Notes: a model not told the origin generated them from the letters alone. 64,000 bases of DNA from Deltaproteobacteria bacterium (GCA_040218735.1 JAVJQW010000062.1:32001-96000); one strand, 5' to 3'; shown: positions 39,491 to 52,755, numbered from the stretch's first letter. Numbers and translations are program-made.

Positions 39491-41660
39491 CGCGGAGACC
39501 CTCCACCGGGTGGTGCTGCGCGGCGGTCACCGCGGGGTAGATGGTCGCGAGGTAGCTCATGATCACCGCGCACACGGCGATGGCGGCGATCTCGCCCCAC
39601 GCCATCACCACCGGGAGGCGCTCGATGTAGAACACCCGCGGGTCGAGGTCTACGCCGAACTTGGCGACGAGCAGGCACACCACGACGCCGATCGCGCCGC
39701 CGAGGAGCGCGCCGCCGCAGCCGAGTATCAAGCCCTGCACCACGAACACCTTCATGATCGAGGCGTCGCTCGACCCGAGTGATTTGAGGATCGCGATCTC
39801 CTTCTTGCGTTGAAGGACGATCATCACGAGCACGGCGACGATCAGGAACGACGCGACCATCACGATCATCCCCAGCGCGATGAACATCGCGATCTTCTCC
39901 AGCAGCAGCGCGGAGAAGAGCTCCTTGTTCATCGAGCGCCAGTCCTTGACCGTGTACGGGTGCCCGCCGAGGCGGCGCTTCACCTCTTCGACGATGCGCG
40001 CGGTGTCGTCGATGTCTGCGACCTTCACCTCCACGCCGGACGCGCGCTGGCGCATCCCGAAGAAGCGCTGCGCCTGCTCCATGTCGATGTACGTGAACTT
40101 TGCGTCGTACTCGTACATCCCGCTGTAGAAGATCCCGGCCACGCGGAACCGGCGCAGCTTGGGCATCGGCCCCATCGGCCCGATCTCCTCCGACGCCGGT
40201 GACACGAGCTTCACGGTGTCCCCGACGTACGCGCGCAGCGTCTTCGACAGCTCGCGGCCGATCAGGATCCCCGGCAGCACGCGCCGGTCCTTGCAAGGCT
40301 GGCGGATCGCGGGCTCGAGCAGCTCCAGCGGCTCGCCCGGTTTGCCGGAGGGGGCCTTCGGCGGCGGGAACTCGATGCGAGGACACGCGCCCGGGATCTC
40401 CTCGGGGTGCTCCAGGTACTCGAACTCACCCTTGGTGACGGTGGCGCGGAGGGCCTTGGTGCCCTGCTCGCTCGACGCCTCGATCCCCTTCACGAGCGTC
40501 CCGGAGAGGCCGACGTCGGTCGACACCATCGCGTCGCCCATCACGAACGCGGCGACGGTCTCGACGCCCTTGGTGTCCATGAGCTGGCCCTCGACGTCGC
40601 CGTACTCGGTGAAGTCGTCGCCGTGTTTGCCGACCACGACGTGGGCGTGCGCTCCGAGGATCTTCGTCTTCAGATCGTTCTCGAAGCCGCTCATGATCGA
40701 CAGCACGATGATCAGCGCCATCACGCCGAGGCAGACGCCCGCGACGGCGAAGAAGGTCACGAGCCCCACGAAGGCGTCGCGGCTGCGCGCGGCGAGGTAG
40801 CGGCGCGCGATGTCGATCTCGTAGCGGAAGCCGGGGTCGAACCGGCCGCCGCCGTGGAGCAGGAATCCGACGCTCGCACCGACGGTGAGCAACGCGCCGA
40901 ACACGATCGTCGGGAAAATCGCGAGCGCGAGGAACACCTGCTCCTCGGGGAGGCTCGACGCCTTCGCCCACGCGGAGGGCCCGAGCGCCATGCCGAGGTA
41001 GAGCACGTACCCGGCGATGAGCGCGACGTACATCAGCTCGACGAACGCGAGGCGCTTCACCACCCACGCGACCGCGAAGCCGGCGACGAGCGCCGAGAGC
41101 ATCGCAAACGCCACCGCGAGCCCGAGCACCACGGCCGGATCGTAGGAGAGGTACCGCGCGAAGAACGCACCCGCCGTGATGAGCGCGGCGAGCGTCGCGA
41201 AACCGGCGGCCGCGCGCAGGAGTGTCTTCGACGTGGTGCTCCCGCCGAGCAACGCACCGATCGCGAGCAGCGGCAGCGCGTAGCGATCTGCGGCGAACAC
41301 CGCGCGTAGCAGGCCGCGCTCGATCAACGCCTCCGCCGGGAACATGGAGGTCAGGAACGTGGTGTACGAGAGCACCGCCGCGCCGAGCGCGAGCCACACC
41401 GCGGTCGCGACGACGGCGCCCCAGGGCCGCTCGCGGCGCTGCGTCCCGAGGAGCGCCCCCGCGGCGAACGCGACGAGCGTCGCGAGGCACACCCCGGTCG
41501 CCTGCGCGCGTGTGCCGGACATCGCGACGCCGGGCGGCCAGGACAGCCCGAAGACGAACGCGATGCCCTGCTGGAGGGGATCGAGGATCCGCGCGAACAC
41601 GATCTGGCCCGCGATGGCGATGATCGCGTGGACGAGACCGATGAACGCGTTCCGACCCAA
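39483..41660 (-). CDS. LolC/E-type lipoprotein-releasing permease with N-terminal membrane extension
   Basis: IARRYL, GVMALIIVLSIMSGF, FYSGMYEYD, EIAILKSLG, ATIYPA; about 280 extra hydrophobic residues at the N-terminus. Confidence 0.85.
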   Translation of the reverse strand: MGRNAFIGLVHAIIAIAGQIVFARILDPLQQGIAFVFGLSWPPGVAMSGTRAQATGVCLATLVAFAAGALLGTQRRERPWGAVVATAVWLALGAAVLSYTTFLTSMFPAEALIERGLLRAVFAADRYALPLLAIGALLGGSTTSKTLLRAAAGFATLAALITAGAFFARYLSYDPAVVLGLAVAFAMLSALVAGFAVAWVVKRLAFVELMYVALIAGYVLYLGMALGPSAWAKASSLPEEQVFLALAIFPTIVFGALLTVGASVGFLLHGGGRFDPGFRYEIDIARRYLAARSRDAFVGLVTFFAVAGVCLGVMALIIVLSIMSGFENDLKTKILGAHAHVVVGKHGDDFTEYGDVEGQLMDTKGVETVAAFVMGDAMVSTDVGLSGTLVKGIEASSEQGTKALRATVTKGEFEYLEHPEEIPGACPRIEFPPPKAPSGKPGEPLELLEPAIRQPCKDRRVLPGILIGRELSKTLRAYVGDTVKLVSPASEEIGPMGPMPKLRRFRVAGIFYSGMYEYDAKFTYIDMEQAQRFFGMRQRASGVEVKVADIDDTARIVEEVKRRLGGHPYTVKDWRSMNKELFSALLLEKIAMFIALGMIVMVASFLIVAVLVMIVLQRKKEIAILKSLGSSDASIMKVFVVQGLILGCGGALLGGAIGVVVCLLVAKFGVDLDPRVFYIERLPVVMAWGEIAAIAVCAVIMSYLATIYPAVTAAQHHPVEGLRDD

Positions 41661-41668
41661 GCGAGACC

Positions 41669-43147
<1,479 letters not shown>

Positions 43148-43236
43148 GGGTGGGCTCGCTTACCGCCGGCCGATCTGCATGGTCAACGCCGACTTGTCCT
43201 TGCCCTTTGGCGACAAAGCGATGCATGGGGCGCGCG

Positions 43237-44910
<1,674 letters not shown>

Positions 44911-44965
44911 TCCCCGCCGCGCAAGGTCCTCCGCCCTGCCCTCGAACGCAGTGCAGGAGGGACCG

Positions 44966-47900
44966 ATGAAGAACACAAGACGCGTGCGATGCACGCTCGC
45001 CGCGCTGGGCCTCGCCGCGGCCCTGACGACCACGACCCACGCACACGCCGCGACGCCGATCGCGCTCGCGCCACAGATCGAAGCCTACGGCCGCGAATAC
45101 GAAGAGCCGTACTGGGCCAAGGACGGCCTCGTCATCACGCTCGGCGGGCTCCTGAAGCAGAAGTCACCGCACAAGTGGGATCGGCTCGGCACGCTCCCGC
45201 CCGAGGCGCGGCCCACGCAATCCGTGGTCTTCGACGCCAACAGCCACCACGGTCGGGTGCGAATCACGATCCGCGCCGACGGCGACATCCTCGCGTACCC
45301 GACGCCCGGGCAGATCTCCCACGGCTGGATCAGCCTCTCCGGCATCACGTACCCCGCGACGCCCGGCACCCAGATCAACCTGCGCTCGGGCGTGACGCCC
45401 TACGGCGGGCGCTTCAAGGAGCCGCGCTGGTACCGACAGGACGGCGCCGTCTTCCTCCAGGGCATGTTGATCGACAAGACGAAGCGGTGGGGTCACGTCG
45501 CGACGCTCCCCAAGGGCGCGCGCCCGACGCAGCGGCTGATCTTCAACGCCAACAGCCACGGGGAGGACGTCCGGGTCGACGTGCTCGAAGACGGTCAGAT
45601 CACGGTGAGCGCGGCGACGGGGCCGGTGGCGAAGTGGGTCAGCCTCGGTGGGATTTCGTTCCCCCTGAAGGCGGGGCGCGCGCTCCCGCTCGCGCGCGGC
45701 AGCAAGCCGCTGGGCGCCGCGTACGGCGGCGTCTCGTACTCGACGTACGGCGACCGCGTGATGCTCTCCGGGGCGCTCGTCTCGGCCGGCAAGAAGTTCG
45801 GGACGGTCGCGACGCTACCGCCGTCGCTGCGTCCGACCGAGAGGCTGATCTTCCACGGCAACAGCCACGCCGAGGCGATGCGGATCGACGTGCACCCCGA
45901 CGGCCGGGTGATCGTGAACGCGGCGACCGGGCCCAAGGCGCAGACCTGGATCAGCCTCTCGAACGTCGTCTTCGACAAGAGCGGCACGCGCGCGGTGGCG
46001 CAGACGTTCCGCAACGTCGACATCCGAAACGGCGGAGGCCTCTGCCTCGACCTCGCCGGCCCGCACCACGAAGCGAAGAAACAAGGCGGAAAGGTCCAGG
46101 GTTGGAGCTGCAACGGCCAGGACAACCAGCGGTGGAGCCTCGTCGGCGGGCGCATCGAGTCCACCAACGGGCTCTGCCTCGACGTCGTCCGGCCCGCCAT
46201 GACCGAGCCCGGCGCGAAGGTTCAGGTGTGGTCGTGCCACGACAAGGCCAACCAGCAGTGGCGGCTGGACGCCGAGGGCCGGCTCGTCAACGGCGGCGGC
46301 CTGTGCCTCGACATCGTCCGCGGCGCGATGAAGGACAACGGCGCGCGCGTGCAGGTCTGGAGCTGCAACGACCTGCCGAACCAGAAGTGGGCGATGGTGG
46401 AGGCGAAACCCAGCGCTCCGAAGCCGTCGACGAAGGTCACGCATCACATCCCGCCGCCGAAGGACGGTGCGATGGTCGAGGTCCGAACGACGGTCCCGGG
46501 GACGAACGGCAAGTGGCTTCGTGTCCGCTACGCGAACGATCTCTACTGGATGGAGGACGTACCCATCACGCCCTCTTCCGTGTACGCGATCAAGGGCGGG
46601 CCGAGCGTCGAGCTCCCTTCACACCTGACGGTCGACGCATCCGACAGCTCGAGGTGGGACGGCGGAGTCATCCCCTATGAGATCGCCGCGAATCACCCGT
46701 TCACGAAGACGATCGAAAGCGGAATCGGCCACATCAACGCGCTGACCAATCTGAACATCCGGCCCAAGAAGTCATCGGATGACTATTGGGTAAGCATCAT
46801 TCACGACAACAGCGGCGCGATGCCGGCGTGTTCGTCGTTCGTGGGCCGCCTCGCGATCACCCACCAGCCACAGCGACTCAACCTCGCCCTGGGGTGTAAC
46901 CGCGTCGGAACCGTCGTCCACGAGCTCCTTCACGCGGCTGGGTTTCATCACGAACAGAACCGAAGCGACAGAGACGAGCACCTGCAGATCGTCCTTGCGA
47001 ACATCGACCCCAACCACCACCACAACTTCGACAATGCCTTTGGGTACGACGTGACCCCCTACGACGTGGGCTCGGTCATGCACTACGGCTGGATGGACTT
47101 CGCGAAGGACCCGGTGAACATCTACGTCACGATCGACATCCCCAAAGTGGGCCGAGTGCAGTTCGCGAACATGACCGAGTATTACGTAGCCACCCGCAGG
47201 GCGGCGATACTCTCCCATTACGGGGTCTCCCATAACCTGAAGATGGGTACGGCGAAGAGGCTGAGCGCGATGGACATCGTGGGTATCAACCGCGTCTATC
47301 CGAAGCCGACGACCCACGCAGAGCTACGGCCGGAGATCGTCGTCTACCAGCACACCGGGTACGGCGGACGGTCGGTGCGACTGGTTGATTCCGTGCCGAA
47401 CCTGAAGAGTCGTGCGGGCTGGATCAACGACGCCGCGTCGTCGATCGAAGTCATCTCCGGTCAGTGGAGCATGTACACGAACTTCTCGTTCAAGGGGACG
47501 CGCTACGACGTCACGCCCTTGGGCGGAAGCAAGGAGAACGGGCGATACGGCGACCCCGGTCATTGGGGTGGATCGCACGACAAGGTGTCATCGGTGCACC
47601 TGAGATCCGCTGACAAATCCGACTTCGCCTACGATGGTGATCCCATCGCGCTGCGCTTCAAGACCTGCGGTGACTGCTTCCTCCAGCTCGCGACGGACAC
47701 GGATCCTCCCACCTTCGTGGTGGGCCCCATTCGAGGCGGGGATGTGGACAGCGCGTCGTTCATCGCGCGCCGCGAGAAGTTCCCGGTCGGTAACGGTGTG
47801 GCGCTCGAATCCGTCGCCGTGCCGGGGGTGTTCATCTATCAGGGCGTCTACGGCGACATCGTCCCGTGGAACGAGGCCAGCGCCGACGCGGACTTCGGAC

Positions 47901-48157
47901 GGCGCGTCACGTTCACCGCGCGCGTCGCGCAGCCTGGCTCGGGCCCCAAGATCATCTCGCTGTACGGCGCCAAGGGCTTCGTGACCGCAGGGGCACAGAA
48001 GGACTTTCCGACGCGCGTCCAAGCGGACGGTCAGTGGCAGCCCGGCCCGACGTTCCCGGCCCACGCGGTCTCGAGCGTCGAGGACGGCGTCGTGCCGAAC
48101 AGCGGCTGGGGGCCCCACGCGTTCGAGGTGGTCCCGGCGGAGGCGGTCACGCGCTGA
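44966..48157 (+). CDS. Secreted multidomain astacin (M12A) metalloprotease: three N-terminal repeats, ricin B, astacin, beta/gamma-crystallin, AbfB-like
   Basis: AGGAGG RBS then ATG 44966; signal peptide AHA-A; GLCLD...NQ.W ricin repeats; HELLHAAGFHHEQNRSDRD; SVMHY Met-turn; NDAASSIEV. Confidence 0.88.
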   Translation: MKNTRRVRCTLAALGLAAALTTTTHAHAATPIALAPQIEAYGREYEEPYWAKDGLVITLGGLLKQKSPHKWDRLGTLPPEARPTQSVVFDANSHHGRVRITIRADGDILAYPTPGQISHGWISLSGITYPATPGTQINLRSGVTPYGGRFKEPRWYRQDGAVFLQGMLIDKTKRWGHVATLPKGARPTQRLIFNANSHGEDVRVDVLEDGQITVSAATGPVAKWVSLGGISFPLKAGRALPLARGSKPLGAAYGGVSYSTYGDRVMLSGALVSAGKKFGTVATLPPSLRPTERLIFHGNSHAEAMRIDVHPDGRVIVNAATGPKAQTWISLSNVVFDKSGTRAVAQTFRNVDIRNGGGLCLDLAGPHHEAKKQGGKVQGWSCNGQDNQRWSLVGGRIESTNGLCLDVVRPAMTEPGAKVQVWSCHDKANQQWRLDAEGRLVNGGGLCLDIVRGAMKDNGARVQVWSCNDLPNQKWAMVEAKPSAPKPSTKVTHHIPPPKDGAMVEVRTTVPGTNGKWLRVRYANDLYWMEDVPITPSSVYAIKGGPSVELPSHLTVDASDSSRWDGGVIPYEIAANHPFTKTIESGIGHINALTNLNIRPKKSSDDYWVSIIHDNSGAMPACSSFVGRLAITHQPQRLNLALGCNRVGTVVHELLHAAGFHHEQNRSDRDEHLQIVLANIDPNHHHNFDNAFGYDVTPYDVGSVMHYGWMDFAKDPVNIYVTIDIPKVGRVQFANMTEYYVATRRAAILSHYGVSHNLKMGTAKRLSAMDIVGINRVYPKPTTHAELRPEIVVYQHTGYGGRSVRLVDSVPNLKSRAGWINDAASSIEVISGQWSMYTNFSFKGTRYDVTPLGGSKENGRYGDPGHWGGSHDKVSSVHLRSADKSDFAYDGDPIALRFKTCGDCFLQLATDTDPPTFVVGPIRGGDVDSASFIARREKFPVGNGVALESVAVPGVFIYQGVYGDIVPWNEASADADFGRRVTFTARVAQPGSGPKIISLYGAKGFVTAGAQKDFPTRVQADGQWQPGPTFPAHAVSSVEDGVVPNSGWGPHAFEVVPAEAVTR

Positions 48158-48167
48158 ACCGCCCGCC

Positions 48168-49697
48168 CTACTCTTCCTCGTCGTCGATCTTCTTCGCGCG
48201 CATCTGCAGCCGCACGAAGTTCCGCACCCCGTTCACGTCGAACGGCTTCTCGATCTGGTAGTTGTCGACCTGCGCCAGGAACTCGTGCATCCGCGCGTCC
48301 ACCGGTCCGCCGGTCATGAAGACGATGCGGCTGGTCAGGTCGGGGCGGTGCTCCTTCACCCACCGGTACACGTCGACGCCCGTCCGGTCCGGCATGATCA
48401 GGTCGCAGAAGATCAGGTCCGGCTCGACGTTCGGGTCCTCGAGCAGCTCGATCGCCTCGGTGCCGCTCTTCGAGATCCGCACCGCGTGTTCCTTGAGCGC
48501 GCGCCCGAGCGCGGTCCCGACGAACGGCTCGTCGTCGACGATCAGGATCCGTGCGGGCTTCGAGTCGCCGGTGGGCTCCGGCGCGTTGAACACCGGCGTC
48601 CGCTCCTCGTCGTCGTCGTCGCGCGCGGCCGGGAGATAGACCCGGAACGTCGCGCCCTCGCCGAGCACGCTGTCGACGGTGATGCGCCCGTGCATCTCCT
48701 TCACGATGCTGTGCGCGATCGTCAGGCCGAGGCCGCTGCCGATGCCGATCGGCTGCGCGGTGAGGAACGTGTCGAAGACGTGCCCGATCCGCTCGGGCGG
48801 GATGCCCGGCCCGGTGTCCGAGAGGGTGATGACGACGCGGTTCTTGTCGTCGAGGTGCGTCGCGACGCGGATCTCGTTGCCCGCCGCCTGGCCGTCCTGG
48901 AGGGCGTGCGCCGCGTTGAGCAACAGGTTCAGGACGACCTGCGCGAGCTTCGACGCCCGGACGTTCACCGGCGGGACGTGCTGGAAGTCGCGGACGAGCT
49001 TCGCGCGCTGCCGGATCTGCGGGTACGCCATCGCGATCGCGCTCTCGATGGCCTCCTCGACCGACACGGGGCCGACCCCGCGCTCCATCGGCGAGGCGAA
49101 CAGGTGCAGGTCCTTCACGATCTTCGCCGCGCGGTCGACCTCCGTGCGCGCCTCCGCGAGCGCCTCGCCGACCTCCTGCGTGATCTCGGAGGACGGATCC
49201 TTCACGATGCCGTCGAGCTGCTCCGCGGCGAACGCGATGTTCCCCGCGACCGCGGAGAGCGGGTTGTTGACCTCGTGGGCGACCCCGGCCGCGAGGGCGC
49301 CGACCGACATCGCGCGGTCGGCGACGAGGATGCGCGCCTGCAGCTTGCGCAGGTTCGTGATGTCGCGGCTGACGAACGCGTGCGAGACGACTGCGCCGAA
49401 CTGCCGAGGCGGAAGTGGCGTCACCTCCAGCGCGATGGTGTCGCCGTTGGCCTTGAGGAAACGGAACTCACCGTCCTTGCGCTGGTCGAAGCGCTGCGAC
49501 GCGAGCCAGCTCGCCATGAGCGGCCGGTCGCCGTCGTGGATGTCGTCCAACATCTTGCGGCCGGTGTGTCCCGACGCGGGACGACCGAGCTGCTCCGCCC
49601 ACGCCTGATTGACGTACACGTAGCGACCGTCCGCGAGGAGAGCGACGCCATACGGCATGACGTCGATGAGAGCGGCAAAACGTTCCGGAGAGAGCAT
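48168..49697 (-). CDS. Hybrid sensor histidine kinase (PAS, HisKA, HATPase, REC)
   Basis: AHEVNNPL, QVVLNLLLNA, DTGPG, GSGLGL, ILIVDDE, CDLIMP, KPF. Confidence 0.93.
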   Translation of the reverse strand: MLSPERFAALIDVMPYGVALLADGRYVYVNQAWAEQLGRPASGHTGRKMLDDIHDGDRPLMASWLASQRFDQRKDGEFRFLKANGDTIALEVTPLPPRQFGAVVSHAFVSRDITNLRKLQARILVADRAMSVGALAAGVAHEVNNPLSAVAGNIAFAAEQLDGIVKDPSSEITQEVGEALAEARTEVDRAAKIVKDLHLFASPMERGVGPVSVEEAIESAIAMAYPQIRQRAKLVRDFQHVPPVNVRASKLAQVVLNLLLNAAHALQDGQAAGNEIRVATHLDDKNRVVITLSDTGPGIPPERIGHVFDTFLTAQPIGIGSGLGLTIAHSIVKEMHGRITVDSVLGEGATFRVYLPAARDDDDEERTPVFNAPEPTGDSKPARILIVDDEPFVGTALGRALKEHAVRISKSGTEAIELLEDPNVEPDLIFCDLIMPDRTGVDVYRWVKEHRPDLTSRIVFMTGGPVDARMHEFLAQVDNYQIEKPFDVNGVRNFVRLQMRAKKIDDEEE

Positions 49698-49698
49698 C

Positions 49699-50343
49699 TC
49701 AGGGGGGCGACCCGAATTGTATGCCCACCCCGCCCTGCCAGACGACCCCCTCCCACGATTCTACGTCCACGGCGTAGGGGGCCAGGACCCCGAGCTCGGG
49801 GAAGAGGACCCAGGTGTCGACCGTGAAGCGCAGCCCGAGCGTGCCCCCGACGCCCAGCAGCAGCGTGCCCACGTCCGGCCGGCCGCCCGTCACCGTCTCC
49901 GCCGGGGACGTCTGGAGGTGGACCCGGGGCGCCGCGACGAGCTCCGCCGACCCGATCTGCAGGCCCAGGAGGACCGGGAGCCCGAAGCTCGCGTACGGGA
50001 CGATGTCCTCGTCGGTGCCGAACGGCGCGAACCCGATCCCGGTCGAGGGGAGGATCGCGACGGAGAGCCGGCCCGTGACGAGCGTCATCTTGGTGTTGAA
50101 CTCCCCGCCGAAGACGCCGACCTTGCCGCCGATGTCGACGCGCTCCGTCAAACCGTGGCGCACCGTGAACTCGAAGTTCGGAACGGTCCGGTTGGCGCCG
50201 GCCGGCTGGAGCACCTGAACGTCCAGGTTGAAGCCGTAGCGCGTCTCACCGGGTGGTGTGGGGCGCGGGCTGACGCGCGTCGAGTAGGACGCGCAGCCGG
50301 CCGAGAGGACCGCGGCGGCGGCGAGCCATCGAGCGCCCCTCAT
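49699..50343 (-). CDS. Hypothetical lipoprotein, possibly an outer-membrane beta-barrel
   Basis: SAGC lipobox; alternating beta strands; ends GVGIQF. Confidence 0.6.
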   Translation of the reverse strand: MRGARWLAAAAVLSAGCASYSTRVSPRPTPPGETRYGFNLDVQVLQPAGANRTVPNFEFTVRHGLTERVDIGGKVGVFGGEFNTKMTLVTGRLSVAILPSTGIGFAPFGTDEDIVPYASFGLPVLLGLQIGSAELVAAPRVHLQTSPAETVTGGRPDVGTLLLGVGGTLGLRFTVDTWVLFPELGVLAPYAVDVESWEGVVWQGGVGIQFGSPP

Positions 50344-50411
50344 GCGGGGAACGCTCGGCAAAATCGACCCCGCCGTCAACGTGCTGTAAGAAGGGGCGGC
50401 AGGCGCTGGCG

Positions 50412-51797
50412 ATGGAGCGACTGGGTCGATATCAGCTGTTGCGCTCGCTCGCCTCTGGCGGGATGGGCGAGATCTACCTCGCGGAGCACACGGGGATCGC
50501 GGGGTTCGCGAAGCGCGTCGCGCTGAAGCGGATCCGCCCCGAGCTCGCGCGCGACACGAGCTACGTGCAGCTGTTCTTGAACGAAGCGCGTGTCGGCTCG
50601 TTCCTCAACCACCCCAACATCGTGCACATCTTCGACGTCGGCCACGCGGACGGCCAGCTGTGGCTGGTGATGGAGTACGTGTCGGGCGTCGATCTGAAGC
50701 GCCTACAGCGCCGCGCGGTGCTCGCCGGGGCGCCGCTGCCGCCCGCGATGATCGCGTGGATCGTCGTCGAGGTCCTCGCCGCGCTCGCGGAGGCGCACGC
50801 GGGTGGGCCGTTCCTCGGTGCGCCGATCGTTCACCGCGACATGTCGCCGGAGAACATCCTCATCGCCCGCAGCGGCGCGGTGAAGGTGTTGGACTTCGGA
50901 CTGGCGAAGTGGATGCCGGCGTCCGAGCGCGTGCCTTCGATGGAAGGCAACATGATCTTCGGCAAGGTCCGCTACATGCCGCCGGAGCAGCTCAAGGGCC
51001 ACTTCATCGACGCGCGCGCCGACCTCTTCTCGCTCGGCGTCGTCATGTACGAGGCGCTCCACGGCGCGCTCCCCTTCGGACGCGGCTCCGCGAACCAGGT
51101 CCTCGCAAACATCATGGCCGGGCCGCCGCCCTCCCCGACCAAGGAGCGCTACGGCGTCGACCACGAGCTGGACGCGATCATCCTGCAAGCCCTCGAGCCG
51201 CGCGCCGAGGATCGATTCCAGACCGCGGAAGAGATGCGCGAGACGCTCGTCGAGTACCTCCGCGGGCGACCGCTGGAGCTCCCGATGGAGACGCTCCGTC
51301 GGAAGCTCAAGCGCGGCAGCCCGCTCACCGTGTCGAGCGGTGGGTCGAGCCAGACGAACCCGGGCGGCCGGGAGGAGCACACCCCCACCGAGATCGCGCT
51401 GTCCGTCGCGGAGCGGTGCGGCAAGTGCGGCGGTGACTTCTCGGCGCTGTTCCTCGACGGGATGATCGTCGACCGCTGCAACGCGTGCCGCGGCGTGTGG
51501 CTGGATCACTCGGAGATCGATCGCATCCTCGGGCAGGCGTCGGAGTCGGCGCCGACCATGCTCCCCGGGCAGAAGTTCTCGCAGGCGCCGCTCGACGAGC
51601 TCGTCGGCTCGTGTCCGACGTGCCGCGTCGGCTTGGTCGCCCACTCGGTGCCCGGGCAGCCGGCGTCGCTCGAGATCTGCCCGAACTGCTTCGGGGTGTG
51701 GTTCGACCACGAGGAGCTTCGACTGCTGTCCCACGACGACGTGGTGACGTGGCTCAGGTACTTGCTCGACAGCTTGCGTGTGGGCCGCGCGAAGTAG
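50412..51797 (+). CDS. Cytoplasmic Ser/Thr kinase with two C-terminal zf-TFIIB-like zinc ribbons
   Basis: GGMGEIY, HRDMSPEN, DFG, YMPPEQ; CGKC..CNACRGVWLD and CPTC..CPNCFGVWFD. Confidence 0.92.
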   Translation: MERLGRYQLLRSLASGGMGEIYLAEHTGIAGFAKRVALKRIRPELARDTSYVQLFLNEARVGSFLNHPNIVHIFDVGHADGQLWLVMEYVSGVDLKRLQRRAVLAGAPLPPAMIAWIVVEVLAALAEAHAGGPFLGAPIVHRDMSPENILIARSGAVKVLDFGLAKWMPASERVPSMEGNMIFGKVRYMPPEQLKGHFIDARADLFSLGVVMYEALHGALPFGRGSANQVLANIMAGPPPSPTKERYGVDHELDAIILQALEPRAEDRFQTAEEMRETLVEYLRGRPLELPMETLRRKLKRGSPLTVSSGGSSQTNPGGREEHTPTEIALSVAERCGKCGGDFSALFLDGMIVDRCNACRGVWLDHSEIDRILGQASESAPTMLPGQKFSQAPLDELVGSCPTCRVGLVAHSVPGQPASLEICPNCFGVWFDHEELRLLSHDDVVTWLRYLLDSLRVGRAK

Positions 51798-51800
51798 CGC

Positions 51801-52421
51801 TCACATCTCGCGGCGGCCGGCGAGCGCCTGCGAGATGGTCGCGGGATCCGCGTACTCGAAGTCCCCACCGATCGGCAGGCCCGACGCGATGCGGGTGACG
51901 CGGTAGCCCAGCGGCGCGAGCATCTTCTTGAGGTACAGCGCGGTGGCCTCCCCTTCCACGCTCGGGTTGGTCGCGATGATCAGCTCCTCGACCTCCGAGG
52001 TGGGCGCCTGGAGGCGCAGGAAGAGCTCCTTCATCTTGAGCTCGTCCGGGCCGATGCCTTCGAGCGGCGCGAGCGTGCCGTGCAGGACGTGGAACTGGCC
52101 GCGGTACTCGTTGCTCTTCTGGATCGCGCGGAGGTCCTGCACGGTCTCGACGACGCAGATCGTCTTCCCGTCGCGCCGGGCGTCGAGGCACAGCGTGCAC
52201 AGCGAGCCGTCGGTGAGGTTCATGCAGCGCTCGCAGAAGCCGACCTTCTCGGTCGCTTCGAGGAGCGCTTCGGCGAGGCCGCGGGCGTAGTCGGCGCCCT
52301 GGCGAAGGACGAAGAACGCGAGGCGGGTCGCCGACTTCTCCCCGATCCCCGGGAGGCGGGAGAACGCCTGGATGAGGCGCGCGATGGGATCGACGCGCCG
52401 CGCTTCGTCCGCGTGAGGCAT
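51801..52421 (-). CDS. recR: Recombination mediator RecR
   Basis: LPGIGEKSATRLAF, C4 zinc finger, ATNPSVEGEATA, GLPIGGD.EY.D. Confidence 0.97.
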   Translation of the reverse strand: MPHADEARRVDPIARLIQAFSRLPGIGEKSATRLAFFVLRQGADYARGLAEALLEATEKVGFCERCMNLTDGSLCTLCLDARRDGKTICVVETVQDLRAIQKSNEYRGQFHVLHGTLAPLEGIGPDELKMKELFLRLQAPTSEVEELIIATNPSVEGEATALYLKKMLAPLGYRVTRIASGLPIGGDFEYADPATISQALAGRREM

Positions 52422-52429
52422 CCGACGCT

Positions 52430-52738
52430 TCAGAACATGCCGGGGAGCGCCATGCCGCCGGTCACCTTGGCCAGCTCCGACTGCATCATCTCGTTGGCGC
52501 GTTGGAGGGCCTGGTTCGTCGCGGCGGCGACGAGGTCCTGGAGCATCTCGATCTCCTCGGGATCGACGACCTCCTTCTCGATCTTCACCGACTGGATCTC
52601 GCTGCGGCCGTTGCAGACCACGACGACCATGCCGCCGCCCGCGCTCCCCTCGACCGTCTTGTTGCCGGCCTCTTCGCGGATCTTCTCGATCTTGTTCTGC
52701 ATGCGCTTCGCCTCGCGCATCATGCTCTGCAAATCCAT
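52430..52738 (-). CDS. ybaB: YbaB/EbfC nucleoid-associated protein
   Basis: EGSAGGGMV, DPEEIEMLQDLVAAA.N; lies between dnaX and recR. Confidence 0.95.
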   Translation of the reverse strand: MDLQSMMREAKRMQNKIEKIREEAGNKTVEGSAGGGMVVVVCNGRSEIQSVKIEKEVVDPEEIEMLQDLVAAATNQALQRANEMMQSELAKVTGGMALPGMF

Positions 52739-52755
52739 GGACCTACTCCTGGCTC

